64,000 nucleotides of DNA from Callorhinchus milii (GCF_018977255.1 NW_024704743.1:45572001-45636000); one strand, 5' to 3'. Counted from the stretch's first letter, positions 39,680-52,095 are shown. Program-made: numbers and translations. The notes: generated from the letters alone by a model not told the origin.

Positions 39680-39792
39680 CTTGCTGAAGTCTACTGTGCT
39701 ATTTTCTCTGCTTGCGCTATGACCAGTTGTTTTACTTTCCACACACTTAGCTTCCAAGATTCCTGGCGCAGAATGAGGAGATGCTAGAAGTC
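39680..39792 (-). CDS. slc4a7: slc4a7 coding exon w7 (113 nt)
   Basis: aatag|GACTT...GCAAG|gtaatt; LLASPHSAPGILEAKCVESKTTGHSASRENSTVDFSK. Confidence 0.93.
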
Positions 39793-41454
39793 CTATTGCA
39801 AATGAATAAAAAAAATTAGCAAAGTTACATATAAAAGATAAGGCAAGCAACTGTGATAAGCCAAACAAATCAACGGTTAGCTATGACACACACACACACA
39901 GTGTTGCAGTGATGCTGAGAAATGAATCCAATGCTAAAAAATGTGATCAAGTAGCATATTAATATGAAATATTCTACATCAAACACAACAAAGACGCTCA
40001 TTGCAGGTGTACCTCCTTTACCCCAAGCATTAAGCCATTCAAGAACTAAGGTTTTCATTATGTGTCATTCATTTCAAAAGGTCTACAAAGGACAAAGTAC
40101 AATAGCAGATAAGTCCCAAAACCTCTCTGCACAAGCCAAATAACGCAATAAATTCAACACACAAGTCAAAACGGGCTAGAAAATGAAGAGTCAAAAGGAA
40201 GCGGCACACATTCAGTTCCACTCAAGCATTTATCCATTCAACATTACAAATTAATCTTTCAAAACATATCACGCGTTGTCTGTTAGGAAAAAATATATAT
40301 ACAATTCTCATGGCACTCATTTTATGGCTGCATCACAGCCCACTATTATTGACCATTATGTTGCCTTTAGAAGAAACACAGGATCACAAAGAGGCATTAA
40401 AGCAATATAAGATATGCTAAGAACAAAGCACAGAACAAGAGACCATTCAGCATTGAATCCCATTATGTAAATAGACCACATTAACGTTTCTCATCCTGTA
40501 TTTTAACCATACCAAGTCTCCTAATAAAGATCACGAAGGCCATTGTAACACACTGTGGAGAGCAATTGAATTTACATCCACTCTGTATGACCATGGAAAT
40601 CTAAAAACCCTGCAACTCTACAGATGGAGCTAAGGAAACTCTCCTGCAAGGAAAATACTGATGGTAAGCAGTGTTGAATTGATTAAAAATTATTAGATTA
40701 CTTCATCAATCAACAGTTTGCGTTGTCATCACCTGGAGGATACTGTATCACACCTCGGGTCTCTAGACAGTTGAACAGCATTTTTGGTAGCATTATTTTG
40801 ACCTCATATTATAGGAACTGAGTTTTGGCTGATCTTGAGAAGTGCTGGGTCTCAGTGCATAATTACCAGAGCAATTTTTTTCTTAGGTTTCAAAGATATG
40901 TATTTCTTCAAATCCATTATAGACTGTTATTAAGTAAGGAAAAAATCCAGCTGAAAACTTGTTCTTTAAAGATGCAGATGAAGTGATAAATTGCTGCAGT
41001 GGCACACTGAAGTTAGTTGTTCATACAGAACAGTTGCCAGCACATTTAAGGGAGTCATTAAATATCAGGGCTCTACTGACGTTCATAAACCATTTGCAGT
41101 TTAGGTCATTAGAACCGCATGGTTGATTTGTACCAAACAATCCATCATTGGTTTCCTAGTTTGATTTTTCTTTGCTTTAGTAAAAGCTTAATAGTGATGG
41201 TAACTGTACTTCATTCTGATCGCTAAAACACATGGATATGAATGGAATTTATGCAATTTTATCTTCTAGTGATTGGCTGGGGGCTGCAGGAGGGAAGGGA
41301 GATTGCATTAAAAAAATCTCTTAATAAAACTTTGTTTTAAAGTAAAACATTACTGAAATAACCTATTTATATACATAGCAGATTAAAAAAAAGGTTTGCC
41401 TAAAAGATTTGCCCTTGTACCATTAAGTGTGGAAAACTTCATACCAAAATGGAG

Positions 41455-41790
41455 ATTACAACTTGCACTTATATAATGCCCTCCATGCAGGGTAGTGTAA
41501 CCAGAGCATTTAACAGTGTCGATGGTGGGGTGGGGAGGTGGTCCTAAGCACAGTCGAAGAAGAAAGCTTTCTAGTGGGACTTGAAAAAGGAGAGAATAGT
41601 TTCAAGGCGAAGGAATTAAGGGAAAGTGTTCCAGAGTTTCGGGGCGTAGTGGCTGTGTGGGGCAGAGGGTGAGAGGGACGAGCAGGAGGCCGATGCCAGT
41701 TGAGTGGAGGCGCTGGGTGGTGGATTGGGGAGTGAGGACATTGGAGAGGTAGGGAGGTGCCAGAGAGTAAAGGGAAGTGATATCGGTTTT
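41455..41790 (-). mobile_element. Old L2 3' fragment
   Basis: SLYSLAPPYLSNVL..LWN-like region and tail. Confidence 0.6.
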
Positions 41791-42885
41791 AACTGATAAA
41801 GGCCAATAAAACACCCCCAATACTAAAAAATTAATCCAGAACAAACAGCACAAAAACCCCCGGAAACTGTGTTCTGAGGTGAGGCTCTCTCTCTCGCTCT
41901 TGGCGATGTCCTGGTTTGTCCTGGTCCCGACTGTGCACGTGTCGCTTGCTGCTTCTCCCTCTCCTCCAAATGAACAGCCGTGTCTGGTGAAGTGTTTGAA
42001 AGGAGGGAGGCACTGGACATGGGTGAGGACACCTCCCTCCCCTCAGTCTTCTCAGGACTCTAATGAAATCCCCCTTAAAAAAACTGATTTAAAAACACTA
42101 AAATTGCTTCAAATAGTAAAAAACTTAATAAACCCCCAAAATCATAAGCCCTACTTATGATGGACCATGTCTCACAATGAAAAGTTGAAACAACAACCTG
42201 AATCTTATTCTATCAAACATGTTTGTATTGTGCAGTCTCCTGGACCACAGCATATAAACGTGTGTGAGAACAACTCACTAACTCACTCACAAACCCTAAT
42301 ACAACAGAATTAAAAAAATTACTTGAAAGGGTATCCGCATCAGAACATTTGCTATTTTTGACTTGTGTTACTAAATTATAGCCATGTAATTTAACACTAA
42401 TCAAAAATATTCAATCATTCAAAGGTCAACAGTGCTACAGAGACAGTAAATCTCCTAGAATATGCAAATTTTCTTAAAAAAAAGATTGAAAGTACACAAA
42501 AGTAGTCCATTTGATACCTCCAAATTTGAAACAAACATTTGGCAGTCACTTGCAATGTTGTTTCAATGCAAAATAACACGAAAAAGTGTAATATCTTAAA
42601 ATTAATCTCACAAGGATTTGATGACACATAATGCATACAATTTAGCTACATATCCCATAAAAAAACTAGTAGTTAAATGGAAAACATACAAATGTGATGA
42701 GTTTACTGAATGATTATATAGAAATGAATTACAAGAACATGCTTAGGTGATGTTACTTCCTTCACAATTAGCAGATTACAACATTAAAACGTATTAATAA
42801 GACATGCTAAAGCTATGTGCCCCAACCATACTCCATTGCTGGTGTTCCCCATGCAGAAAGCTACACAACTATTACGGATATTTGC

Positions 42886-43227
42886 CTGCTCTCTGTTCAC
42901 ATTCTTCATGTACTTTCACCTGTCCTTCCTGTACCTCTAAATCTTCTTCGGGGGGGTGAACTATCACATCAGGAATATCGTCACCGGCACAAGACACCAG
43001 TACTTGGCTTTGACCCTGAGAGCGATGCTCGAGTACTGGAGTGGAGGGTGGTGTATTTTGAGGGGTGAGCATGGGAGTTGCACACCTTGAACCTGCTGGG
43101 GATCCACCCTTGGTACCAGGTAGAAATGAACCAAATGCAACAGAAATACGAGAAGGTCCTCTTAAGGAAAGACTTGAAGCAGAAAGGCCAGCTCGGAGTG
43201 AAAGACGGGAGGCAGAAAGGCCTTCCC
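42886..43227 (-). CDS. slc4a7: slc4a7 coding exon w6 = optional cassette II (342 nt if the GC donor is used)
   Basis: gatag|GGGAAGG; GEGLSASRLSLRAGLSASSLSLRG...GSPAGSRCATPMLTPQNTPPSTP...DDIPDVIVHPPEEDLE. The 3' boundary is inferred (GCAG|gcaaat) from phase and the downstream in-frame stop. Confidence 0.85.
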
Positions 43228-43969
43228 CTATCATCAAAATAAAAAATGAAGAGGAAACAGTGAGGTTCGTAAGAAAATAGAACACAAATAGGATTAAAAA
43301 CCATCATCACCCATGCATGTACAAATAAATGTTACGCAAAATAGGTCAACTCAAGATCTGCAACAGCTCGTGAGTGATGCTTTAAAAGCATAAGGTTTTA
43401 GTATGTGAAGCGAACAACATACTGCATACGGACTTCTATTAAGTAAATCATCATAGCCATTAAATATATGGATTAATCTTTTGAACTGGTGAGACACCAT
43501 TAAGAATTTTTCTAGTATTATTTATACTGTAATGATATAAAATGGGATTCCTAAGAAGCTACCTAAGATTGTTATTATCCTAAAAACTAAATTATATCAA
43601 GCTATTTATGGATTTTAAAACATCCAGTATTGATCACTGAAATACTTGATTTTCTGATGAGCTAGGACAAAGGATAGACTGCATACAACTATGCAGTTGT
43701 AGATCATATTTTTATAATAATTTTATAGTACGATAAGCAAAGTGCTTAAATCTTAAAAGAACAGGGCAACCTGGTTATAACATGGAGGTTGAGCTCCACA
43801 CACTTTGACCCCACACATTAAAATGAAACACTCTTTCTGGGTCATCAGGTCACTACTAAGGTCACTTCCTGAACAAAGTGATACAGGCAGCATTTCCTGT
43901 GCACAGCACACATGTGCAGTGAACAATATCAGCAACACATCCTCACATTGGGCAAGGAAGTGAGTCACC

Positions 43970-44100
43970 ATGCTGACGAAGGGTCGTGGACCCAAAACGT
44001 TGACTTACTTTCCTTTCTCCATAGATGCTGCCTGACCTGCTGAGTGTTCCCAGTGACTTTTGTTTCAGATTTCCAGCATCTGCAGTATTTTACATTTTGC
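43970..44100 (+). mobile_element. Penelope-like element terminal repeat fragment with degenerate hammerhead-ribozyme motif
   Basis: ctgacgaagggtcgtggacccaaaacgtt...ctccatagatgctgcctgacctgctgagt...ttccagcatctgcagt; recalled as a typical chondrichthyan PLE-derived repeat, not checked against a database. Confidence 0.65.
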
Positions 44101-46007
44101 TCACATAGGGCATAATGGGTAGGAAGTGAGGTCAGCGGTGACCTGAAAGCTATCCAATAAGTGCAGAAGCTGGGAGTAGTGCAGATCCACAGAGGACCTG
44201 TTATAAGTAGATCTGTGCTAGATCGGAGTTATCCTGTATTGGATGCAATTAATTCAGGATTTGTGATCATCATGCCATGGTATAATGTATTTGACGTAAC
44301 AAATAAATTATAGAATGGAGAACAGGTTTGGTTTTAATACTTTTTCAATATACAGCAAGCCTCTGGCTTATCAGACTCCAGGTATCCCAAATTCGGATCT
44401 AGCCAGAAACGGAATTTTAAAAAACAATTCTGCGGGCCACATGTAAACTCCCCCTGGCCTCGCTCTCCTAGCGCTCTCTCACTATGCTGACCAGGCAGGG
44501 AAATTGATTGATTCAGTTTGAATTCCGCGAGCGCGAACATAGCCTATTCCCTAGCTTCCCTATCACGAGATTCAAACAAATACAATACCAGGATTTTGGA
44601 GGTTTATAGCCTTTTGGGGGTGTGGGGGAGGGGGTAGGATTTTTGACCTTCCCCATGCACAGTTGGTGAGGTTGGGATTTGCCTGCCCTGGTTGTCTCCC
44701 GAGATCATGGTGTTGACGGGGGGGGGGCCTTGCGGCTGCAATCGGACTTGGTTTTGGTTTGTAATTGGGAGTCCCTGGAGTGGTTCTTCTGCTGTTTCTG
44801 GGCCTATGCTTGTGCAGGGCACACAGATTTTCTGGGCTGCTTAGCGTTCTGGGTATGGTGAGTGGATGGATGGGTGCAGGGCTTTGTTCCCTTCTGCCAA
44901 CGTTGGCAGGAGGTGGTGCTGGGCGGTTCTCTCTAGGGGCCAGGCCTTCCTCTCGTCAGCTCTCTTTCTGTGGCACCTTTTGATCTGGGCACACACACAC
45001 ACACACACATGCTCACATGTTCGCTTTTGGCTGTGTTACTGTTTTGATTGTGTTGTATATCGTGAGTGGGAAATGTTTGATGGGCCAAATATTTTGTTTC
45101 AATCTCCCGCCAGCCCACATGACGCCCACAGCTTGACACTAATTGATTTAACCATAGGCTTCATCAGAGCTGCATCATATCATTGGTGAGTGCAGAACTA
45201 TTGTTAATCTATTTAAAATTCAGCTTTACTCATTTTAAATAATAGATAGGATTTATTATTACTTATTTTAAATGTTAAATGTAAGGATTAGGAGTTAGCT
45301 GGAAATTCCGGCTTCCCGGACCAGATCTCTCCCCCCATTAGTTCAGCTAGCTGGGGTTTATCTGTATTGAGTTTCCTCTAACTGATTAGAGATTCTGTCA
45401 CTTGAAATGCTTCTTGAAAGCATTAAAAAAAACAGAATTCTGTTCTACTGCTATTCTTTGAATTTGTATCAAGTATTTGGTTTGTGTGGAGTAAATCTGT
45501 AGTTAACAATAAAGTTACAATCTATGCAAGTAAAATATACTGGAAGCATTACAGTACTGGCCAATAGAATCCTACAAAGCATTCGTACATAAAATGGACT
45601 CCTGAGTAACAAGTGTCAACGCATGCCAAAAGTGCACAAAACCTTCAATTCTGAACATTGGAAGCCAAGCACATGAGACAGTTTTTTGTTTTTAAGCTTC
45701 ATCTGTGACCAACTGGTAAAAAGCATAGTTAATTAACAGATGTTCAAGCGTGCTGCTACACGACTGATATCAAAGGTGCATAATAACCTGAACAGCATAC
45801 AAACACGTGTGCATACAAAGCTTATGTGAAACCATCCAACTACATGCTAACGAAAATCACTAAAACAGGACAGTTAACTGTGGTATGCGGTGTAACAAAG
45901 CCAAACACAAAGTTGCTACAAACATTTGTTTTCTGTAAATACCGGTTATTTGAAGTGTAATTATTCCGTAGACATTAAAAGAAATTGGACACAACAAAAC
46001 ATCTCAC

Positions 46008-46196
46008 CGTTTCGCTCAAGCAAGTGAGGGTCAGAATGTTTCTTGCCTATATCTGCAAAGGAGCGAACTATAGGGATGCGGTTGCTCAGTTTCTTCTCAC
46101 TCTGGTGGTGATGCTTTTTTAGAAGTGCTTCCCGCACTTTGTCTCGCATGGTCTCATTCAGGTGTCCAGATGCTATCATGTTGTCCAGCACCATAT
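46008..46196 (-). CDS. slc4a7: slc4a7 coding exon w5 (189 nt); last 39 nt correspond to optional cassette I
   Basis: ttcag|ATATG...AACG|gtgaga; MVLDNMIASGHLNETMRDKVREALLKKHHHQSEKKLSNRIPIVRSFADIGKKHSDPHLLERN. Confidence 0.95.
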
Positions 46197-46546
46197 CTGA
46201 AAATTTCAGAGAGAAGGGAGGGAGGGAGGATTAAAATCAAACTTTAAGTGAAAATCACTACACTTGCCACACTGTAGAAAGTATATTTCCTCGAGCTACT
46301 GCAAATCACAATATATCGGCTCATGATAGTACAGAAAAGCCAGTAAGACAGTGACATTTACTGCTTTGCCACAAGCACATGTTTCATTGAGATTTTTAAT
46401 TGTTCAAATCCTTATTAGAAAGAAGAATTCTGATGGAAGGGCTAATTATAAAGAGTGAATGAGGTCAACATAAATGTATCCAATTTACCAAATTGAATTT
46501 ATTATCACTACATCTTACTAGCATTTATTTTATCCTCCAGCAAATT

Positions 46547-46710
46547 GGCTTGGCTCAGTTGGTTACCTCTTTTCTTTGGGTGAAAAGGTTCAATTCCCAC
46601 ATTGGGATTGAGCTCACAGGCTAGCCTGACAATACACTGCAGTACTGAGGGAGTGCTGCATTGTCAGAGGTGCAGTTAAACTGAGATGTAATCTATTCAG
46701 GTGGACATTA
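46547..46710 (+). mobile_element. Deu-domain SINE (family B) fragment
   Basis: ggctcagttgg...gcagtactgagggagtgctgcattgtcagaggtgc...ttcaggtggacatta. Confidence 0.65.
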
Positions 46711-46889
46711 ATTTGTGTAATTATGTAAAGCCCCTCGAGACACGGATAATGCTAAGGCAATTAAAAAATATATTTTTAAAACTGAGGGAATCTATTCCAG
46801 CATTGCTGGCTTTAAACTTTTGCAATAATATTGCTAACTGCATAATGTCTGTGAAATAATATTAACAGCATTAATGAATATGTACAAAC

Positions 46890-47050
46890 CTGCTATTTCC
46901 TCTATGGTGCTCGCTCTCATGTCTAACATGACTGTTCCATTTAATATGCAGCTTCTCAACTCAAACAGACTATGTAAAGAGAGAGTAGCCACATAAGGTT
47001 TACTCCATCGCTCTCCTCCATCTTCCACATCCTCCTCAAACTTCAGCCAT
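46890..47050 (-). CDS. slc4a7: slc4a7 coding exon w4 (161 nt)
   Basis: ctcag|ATGGC...AGCAG|gtttgt; [53 protein letters not shown]. Confidence 0.95.
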
Positions 47051-47469
47051 CTGAGATGAGAAGCAAGTCAATATATCAATAACATCATGGGATATAGTAA
47101 TAACATTATGTGTAGTTTGGGACATATGTGCATGCGACCACCAGGAAGATGGAAGATAAACCAGAAGGAGCTTGGTCTTTTTTCGCCTAGCATTTCTTAT
47201 GTTGTGTTATCCATATTTTGTACTGCATTATATTTGAGTATTCCCACAAAAAAAACTTGGAAGTTACTGGGGAACCATTACAATGTCCTCCAACATAACA
47301 CTGCCTTGATTATAAGGTGAATGGATCATGGACAAAAAATTACTATGGACTCCCCATATGCCCCATTTCCTCCCCACTCCCCCGAAGTCAAGCAGTTGGC
47401 TAACTTTCTATGTTCATATGCAGCTCACTCCAGTGAAATCACAAACCTAGAAATGCTGGCTATTACATA

Positions 47470-47896
47470 AAATAATCCTTGCATTTGGTATAGCACCTTT
47501 CACATCAGAAAGACATCCTAAAGTGCCTTCACAGGATGTACTGTGAAGTGGAGTGACTGTTTTTGTGGCAGCCAATTTGCACACAGCAATGTCCTACAAA
47601 CAGCCATGAAGTGAGTAACCAATTTTATTTAGGGGGATTGTTGGTCACACACTGGGAAAAACTCCCTTCTTTTTTTGAATAGTGCTATGGGATCTTTAAC
47701 GTCAACATCTTTGACCTGAACAGGCAGATGGGATTTTGGTTTAACATCTCATCTGAAGGACATTACCTCGAACAATGCTGCAAATCCCCAGCGTTGCATT
47801 AGAATGTCAGGTTAGACTATGTGAGTTCAGGTCCCGACATGGGGCTTGAACCCACAAGCATCTTATTCAAAGGCAAAAGTGCTACCACTGAGCCAG
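47470..47896 (-). mobile_element. Deu-domain SINE (family B), full length
   Basis: Reverse complement aligns by eye to the 34163 and 52900 copies from head to tail. Confidence 0.8.
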
Positions 47897-49357
47897 ACTT
47901 AACACACAAATCTTTAAAGCAGTGTTGCTTCAATTCACTAGCTATTCTCAGGTTACACATTCTGTGCTGCCATCAGCAATCATAAATATTTAACAGCATT
48001 GACACATTAGTGACAATTGCCATCTCATTAAGATATCCTTAAGCAAGTGTCATTTGGTGACCTGAACACTTTGCACCACTACTTTGTTTTCAAGGCAACT
48101 AGTAGTGTGTAAAAAAACTAGTTTCCAGACTCCAGGTGTCTCAAGACCCAGCTATGAATCAGATCTCCTATCATCTCTTGGTGATGAAAATCCATTTGCT
48201 TGGCTGTTTGTGTGACATTGTGACCCTAATTAGCTGCCATGTTCACCCACAGATACAAATACTTGGTGTTGAAGAGTTGAGTCTATCAAGTAGACCAAGC
48301 GACATCTTGCATGGAAGACGTCAAGATGTTGGCACATGCACAAATGGCATATACGTATGTGATCTCTGCAAACCAAATAATGGCTACAGAAACAGGAAAA
48401 AAGCCAGAGATAAAGTCAGGCCCATCTCCCATCCTCCTCTATGCATAAGGGAAAATTCTAAAAGCCACTTCTACATGTGCCAATGTCTTGATGTCACTGC
48501 AGGCAGCAAGACAAACAGTGTCCTGCTTCATGTCCCCTGCCCTATCAGCTCCACAGTCAGTAGGCAACCTTTCAGCCATGTTGACATGGAGTTCGGCTCA
48601 AAGGCAAATTCAATTAGCTAATCCAAGTAAAATCTGTTTGGAAAAAAAGGTTAAAACTCAAAGCACAAAAACGAAATATATCATTTTCTGAAGCCAAATA
48701 AAATGTATGTGAATCTGTGATGCGTGACCAGTTCATTAATTTCTACTGACGAGAAAGAATAAACAGCTTAAAAACATTTCAAAATTTCTATGAAAGAAAA
48801 AAAAGCCCTTCATACAAAGAGCACATATTAATCTTTGGTTAAGTGCCATAAACTACAGCTATCAACTTGCTCAAGGGCCACTTCGACACAAACATGCAAA
48901 TAAGCAACTTCATTTGCTTTTTTAACATCAGCAAAAGCTCCCAGCAGGCAAGCTGCTCTTTCATTCTTTGGTGATCAACCCCAAAATGACAATTCAGATG
49001 GAAAATTCAGAATAGTTTCTGAATGCTGCATCCTAGGAACTTCCCTTGGATTATGATAAGAGTGAAAAAGGTGTTGAGCACCATAAGAACCTATGCAGCT
49101 ACTTGTTTGTGGGAGCTGAGTTCAGTGGTGTCTCTTTGAAGGCAGCCCTCCAAACCCCTTTCTTGGATGGAGATGGCCTGTGGCAAATAGGTGAGAAAAT
49201 ATATATTCATCTCTTCATATCTGGAGTTTATCCTGATAAAATTGGATAAATTGTCATTGTGAGCACTGTTCAGCAAACTTCCCATGTCCACCATCTAGGA
49301 TCACTCTATCCTCGAGGGCTTTGGTTTGCAGGGTTAACAGGGGGGAAGCAGGAAACA

Positions 49358-49800
49358 TTATTGTAGTGTCCAAAACAGGATCTTGAACTGGATCCTCTGA
49401 AGGATAGGGAGCCAGTGGAGTTGGGCGAGAATGAGAGAGATGGGGTCACGGAGTTTGGTGCGTGAGAGGACACGGGCTGCAGAGTTCTGGATTATCTGCA
49501 GCCTGTGGAGAGAGGAGTTGGGAAGGCCGACAAGCAGGGCATTTGCATAGTTGAGCCTGGAGGTGATGAAGGCATGAACAAGAGTTTCAGCGGCCTGAGG
49601 GGTGAGGTAGTGGCGGAGTCGGGCGATGTTACGGAGGTGAGGGAAGGCAGAGCGGGTCATGGCTTGGATGTGGGGAAGAAAAGCCAGTTGAGGGATAACA
49701 AGACACCCAGGTTCCTGACTGCCTTGATGAGTTGAAGTGTACAACCATGGAGGTTGATGCTGCCAGAGCCTAAGGTGCAGAGGCGCTGACGATGAGCTGG
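49358..49800 (-). mobile_element. L2-clade LINE ORF2 C-terminal fragment
   Basis: LRNIARLRHYLTPQAAETLVHAFITSRLNYANALLVGLP...LQIIQNSAARVL...LHWLPILQRIQFKIL. Confidence 0.88.
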
Positions 49801-50557
49801 ACTGGTTGGTCTGTCATCTGTAGTATCTGCCTGCTCAAGAAATATACTACTGAGACTGCTACAGAGGGTTGACTCAATTCTAACATCCCATCGCCAAGCA
49901 AGTCACCTTGGAGCTAGCGCAGCCCCAAGAGACCCCATTTACCTTCCCTCTATTCTTCAAACAATGCAATCAAATTGTAAAGCTATTCTGATTGGCATCC
50001 CATGTTTTGCCCCTTTGATGTGAGTTGAAGTATTGGCTGCACTTTGTGTTTGGAGAGCAAGCAGCTTTAGCTTCAAATCCATATCAGTAATGGATCAGAT
50101 AGAGGCTGGCGGGTTGAATAGATAAATGAACAATGTAGTTGTGTCAGAAGATTGCAAATAACCACACATACACATACAAAAACATACACAAACACAGTAT
50201 ATCTCACACACACCCGCCTCCTCCATATTCCAAATCACTGGCAATGCATCCAAAGAAGATATCGGGAAAATAGAACTACAAAATGTTTCAACAAACATGC
50301 TCATTTATGACTACTGAATCAAGAATGGTAGTTAACAAAAAGGATTGGTGGCAAGAACCCCACTGGCAGCAGATTGATCACCTTCCACTGCATTCTATGG
50401 AACTTTGAAAGATTTAACACTACTCAATGAACGAGAGCACTTTCTTGCTGAAATCATATGATCAACGTTAACTGCAAAAAAATTGCAAAGAATCAAAAAT
50501 TACTGAGGAATTAAAACTGAAGAATTAAATTTGTTTTCTGGTAGCTTCAGCACGTAC

Positions 50558-50696
50558 CTGGCTGTTTCTTTCCACTCACAGTCTTCCCCATCACGGAAGC
50601 AAATTTCATCCAGTTCTGTGAAGAGATCATGGGGCACGTGTTCCTCATCATCATCTTCTATTCCCAGGATAAACTGGACACGCTGAGATGGGGTAT
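50558..50696 (-). CDS. slc4a7: slc4a7 coding exon w3 (139 nt)
   Basis: tgtag|ATACC...GCCAG|gtacgt; TPSQRVQFILGIEDDDEEHVPHDLFTELDEICFRDGEDCEWKETAR. Confidence 0.95.
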
Positions 50697-51710
50697 CTAC
50701 AAAAAAAATCAAACCATTTCTTAACAATCTTGGTTGCAAATTCTAGTTTAAACTGTAAATAGTTTCCTTTAATTATACACACATCATCACATTGCAATGA
50801 TTCATTACACAGTTCTTGCACTTTCATCATATCACAAACATAGAAACTACCTGAAAAAATAAACTGCATGCCGTGCAACACTCCACTGTACACTCCAATA
50901 ACTTTGTTCACAGGTTTGGGTGGCGGTGGGGTGGAGAGAGTGAAGAGAAGGAATAAGGTAATTGTATCTATTGGTTAACCAATATAAATCTATTGGATAC
51001 CATAAAGGTAGATGAGGGGCAGTGTATTAACATGGAGAAATCTGTTTATTTTGCCCAAGAAAAAACATTCGCTAGAGATTTAAGGGAGCTCTGAAATCCA
51101 TAGCCATCTAAAAGTTATCTGTATTTATAGCCCATTGATCTTCTGCTGCGATAGTGACAAAATAACCGCAGCAGAACAATCAGGTGGAATTGGGTGTCAC
51201 ATTTCACCAACCTGTACACATTCTGCCAAAATAAGTAACTTAACAAGATTAAAGCTTAAAAGAAGTCGAGCCCTGAAAAAAATCTGACGTTGCTGATAAT
51301 AGTTGAGAACTGCAGACTTTACAAAACCAAAACTCAGATTACTGGATGTCACTCAATCTTCAGTAACACCAAGTAAATGTTAATTTAAAAAAGGAAGGGT
51401 TATTTACACTGAAGCTCCAATTAAGCAATGACACACATTTTGATTATATTGCCTCTATATTTTAATGAAGTTTTCAGGACATTTCAGGTGGCCAATAGAG
51501 GTTTATAAAAATGTTCTGCTGATAAACAAGGAAAATGTCTTGTATAACTGACATTAAAAATTAATGTTTTTGAAAGCTATCTTTGCCCCCAAAACACACT
51601 TTGCTAATGATTTGCTCCAGTAACACGTTGTTCCATTTTTTGACAGAAGGCAAAAAAAAGCTGCTCTTCAAAGTCCTCAGGAGCCTCACCCACATGCCAC
51701 TTCCCCACAA

Positions 51711-52095
51711 ATAATAATAATCCTTGCATTTGACATAGAGCCTTATCACATCTTCTAGATGTCTCAAAGCGCTTCACAGAATATACTGTGAAGTGAATTG
51801 ACTGTATATTTTGTGGACGAAACTCAGCAGCCAATTGCCCACAGCAGTGTCCCACAAGCAGTCGTGAATTGAGTGACCAAATTATTATTTTTTTGAAAGG
51901 AGTTTTTTTTCAAGGTTTTTTTTTAAGGATTATTATACGCCAATCGACTAACAACCGGACTCCTACTTGCTGCTGAGTAAATAGAGGCGTGTGGAGTAAG
52001 AGAACTTTGCCCAACGTTTCACCCTGCCCGGGAAGTATCCAGGTCCTCTCGCTTGCAAGGCGAGTGGTCTAACCAACTGAGCTACAGGACTCCAC
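51711..52095 (-). mobile_element. tRNA-derived SINE (family A), full length
   Basis: Reverse complement begins gtggagtcctgtagctcagttggttaga and ends ...caaatgcaaggattattattat. Confidence 0.88.
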
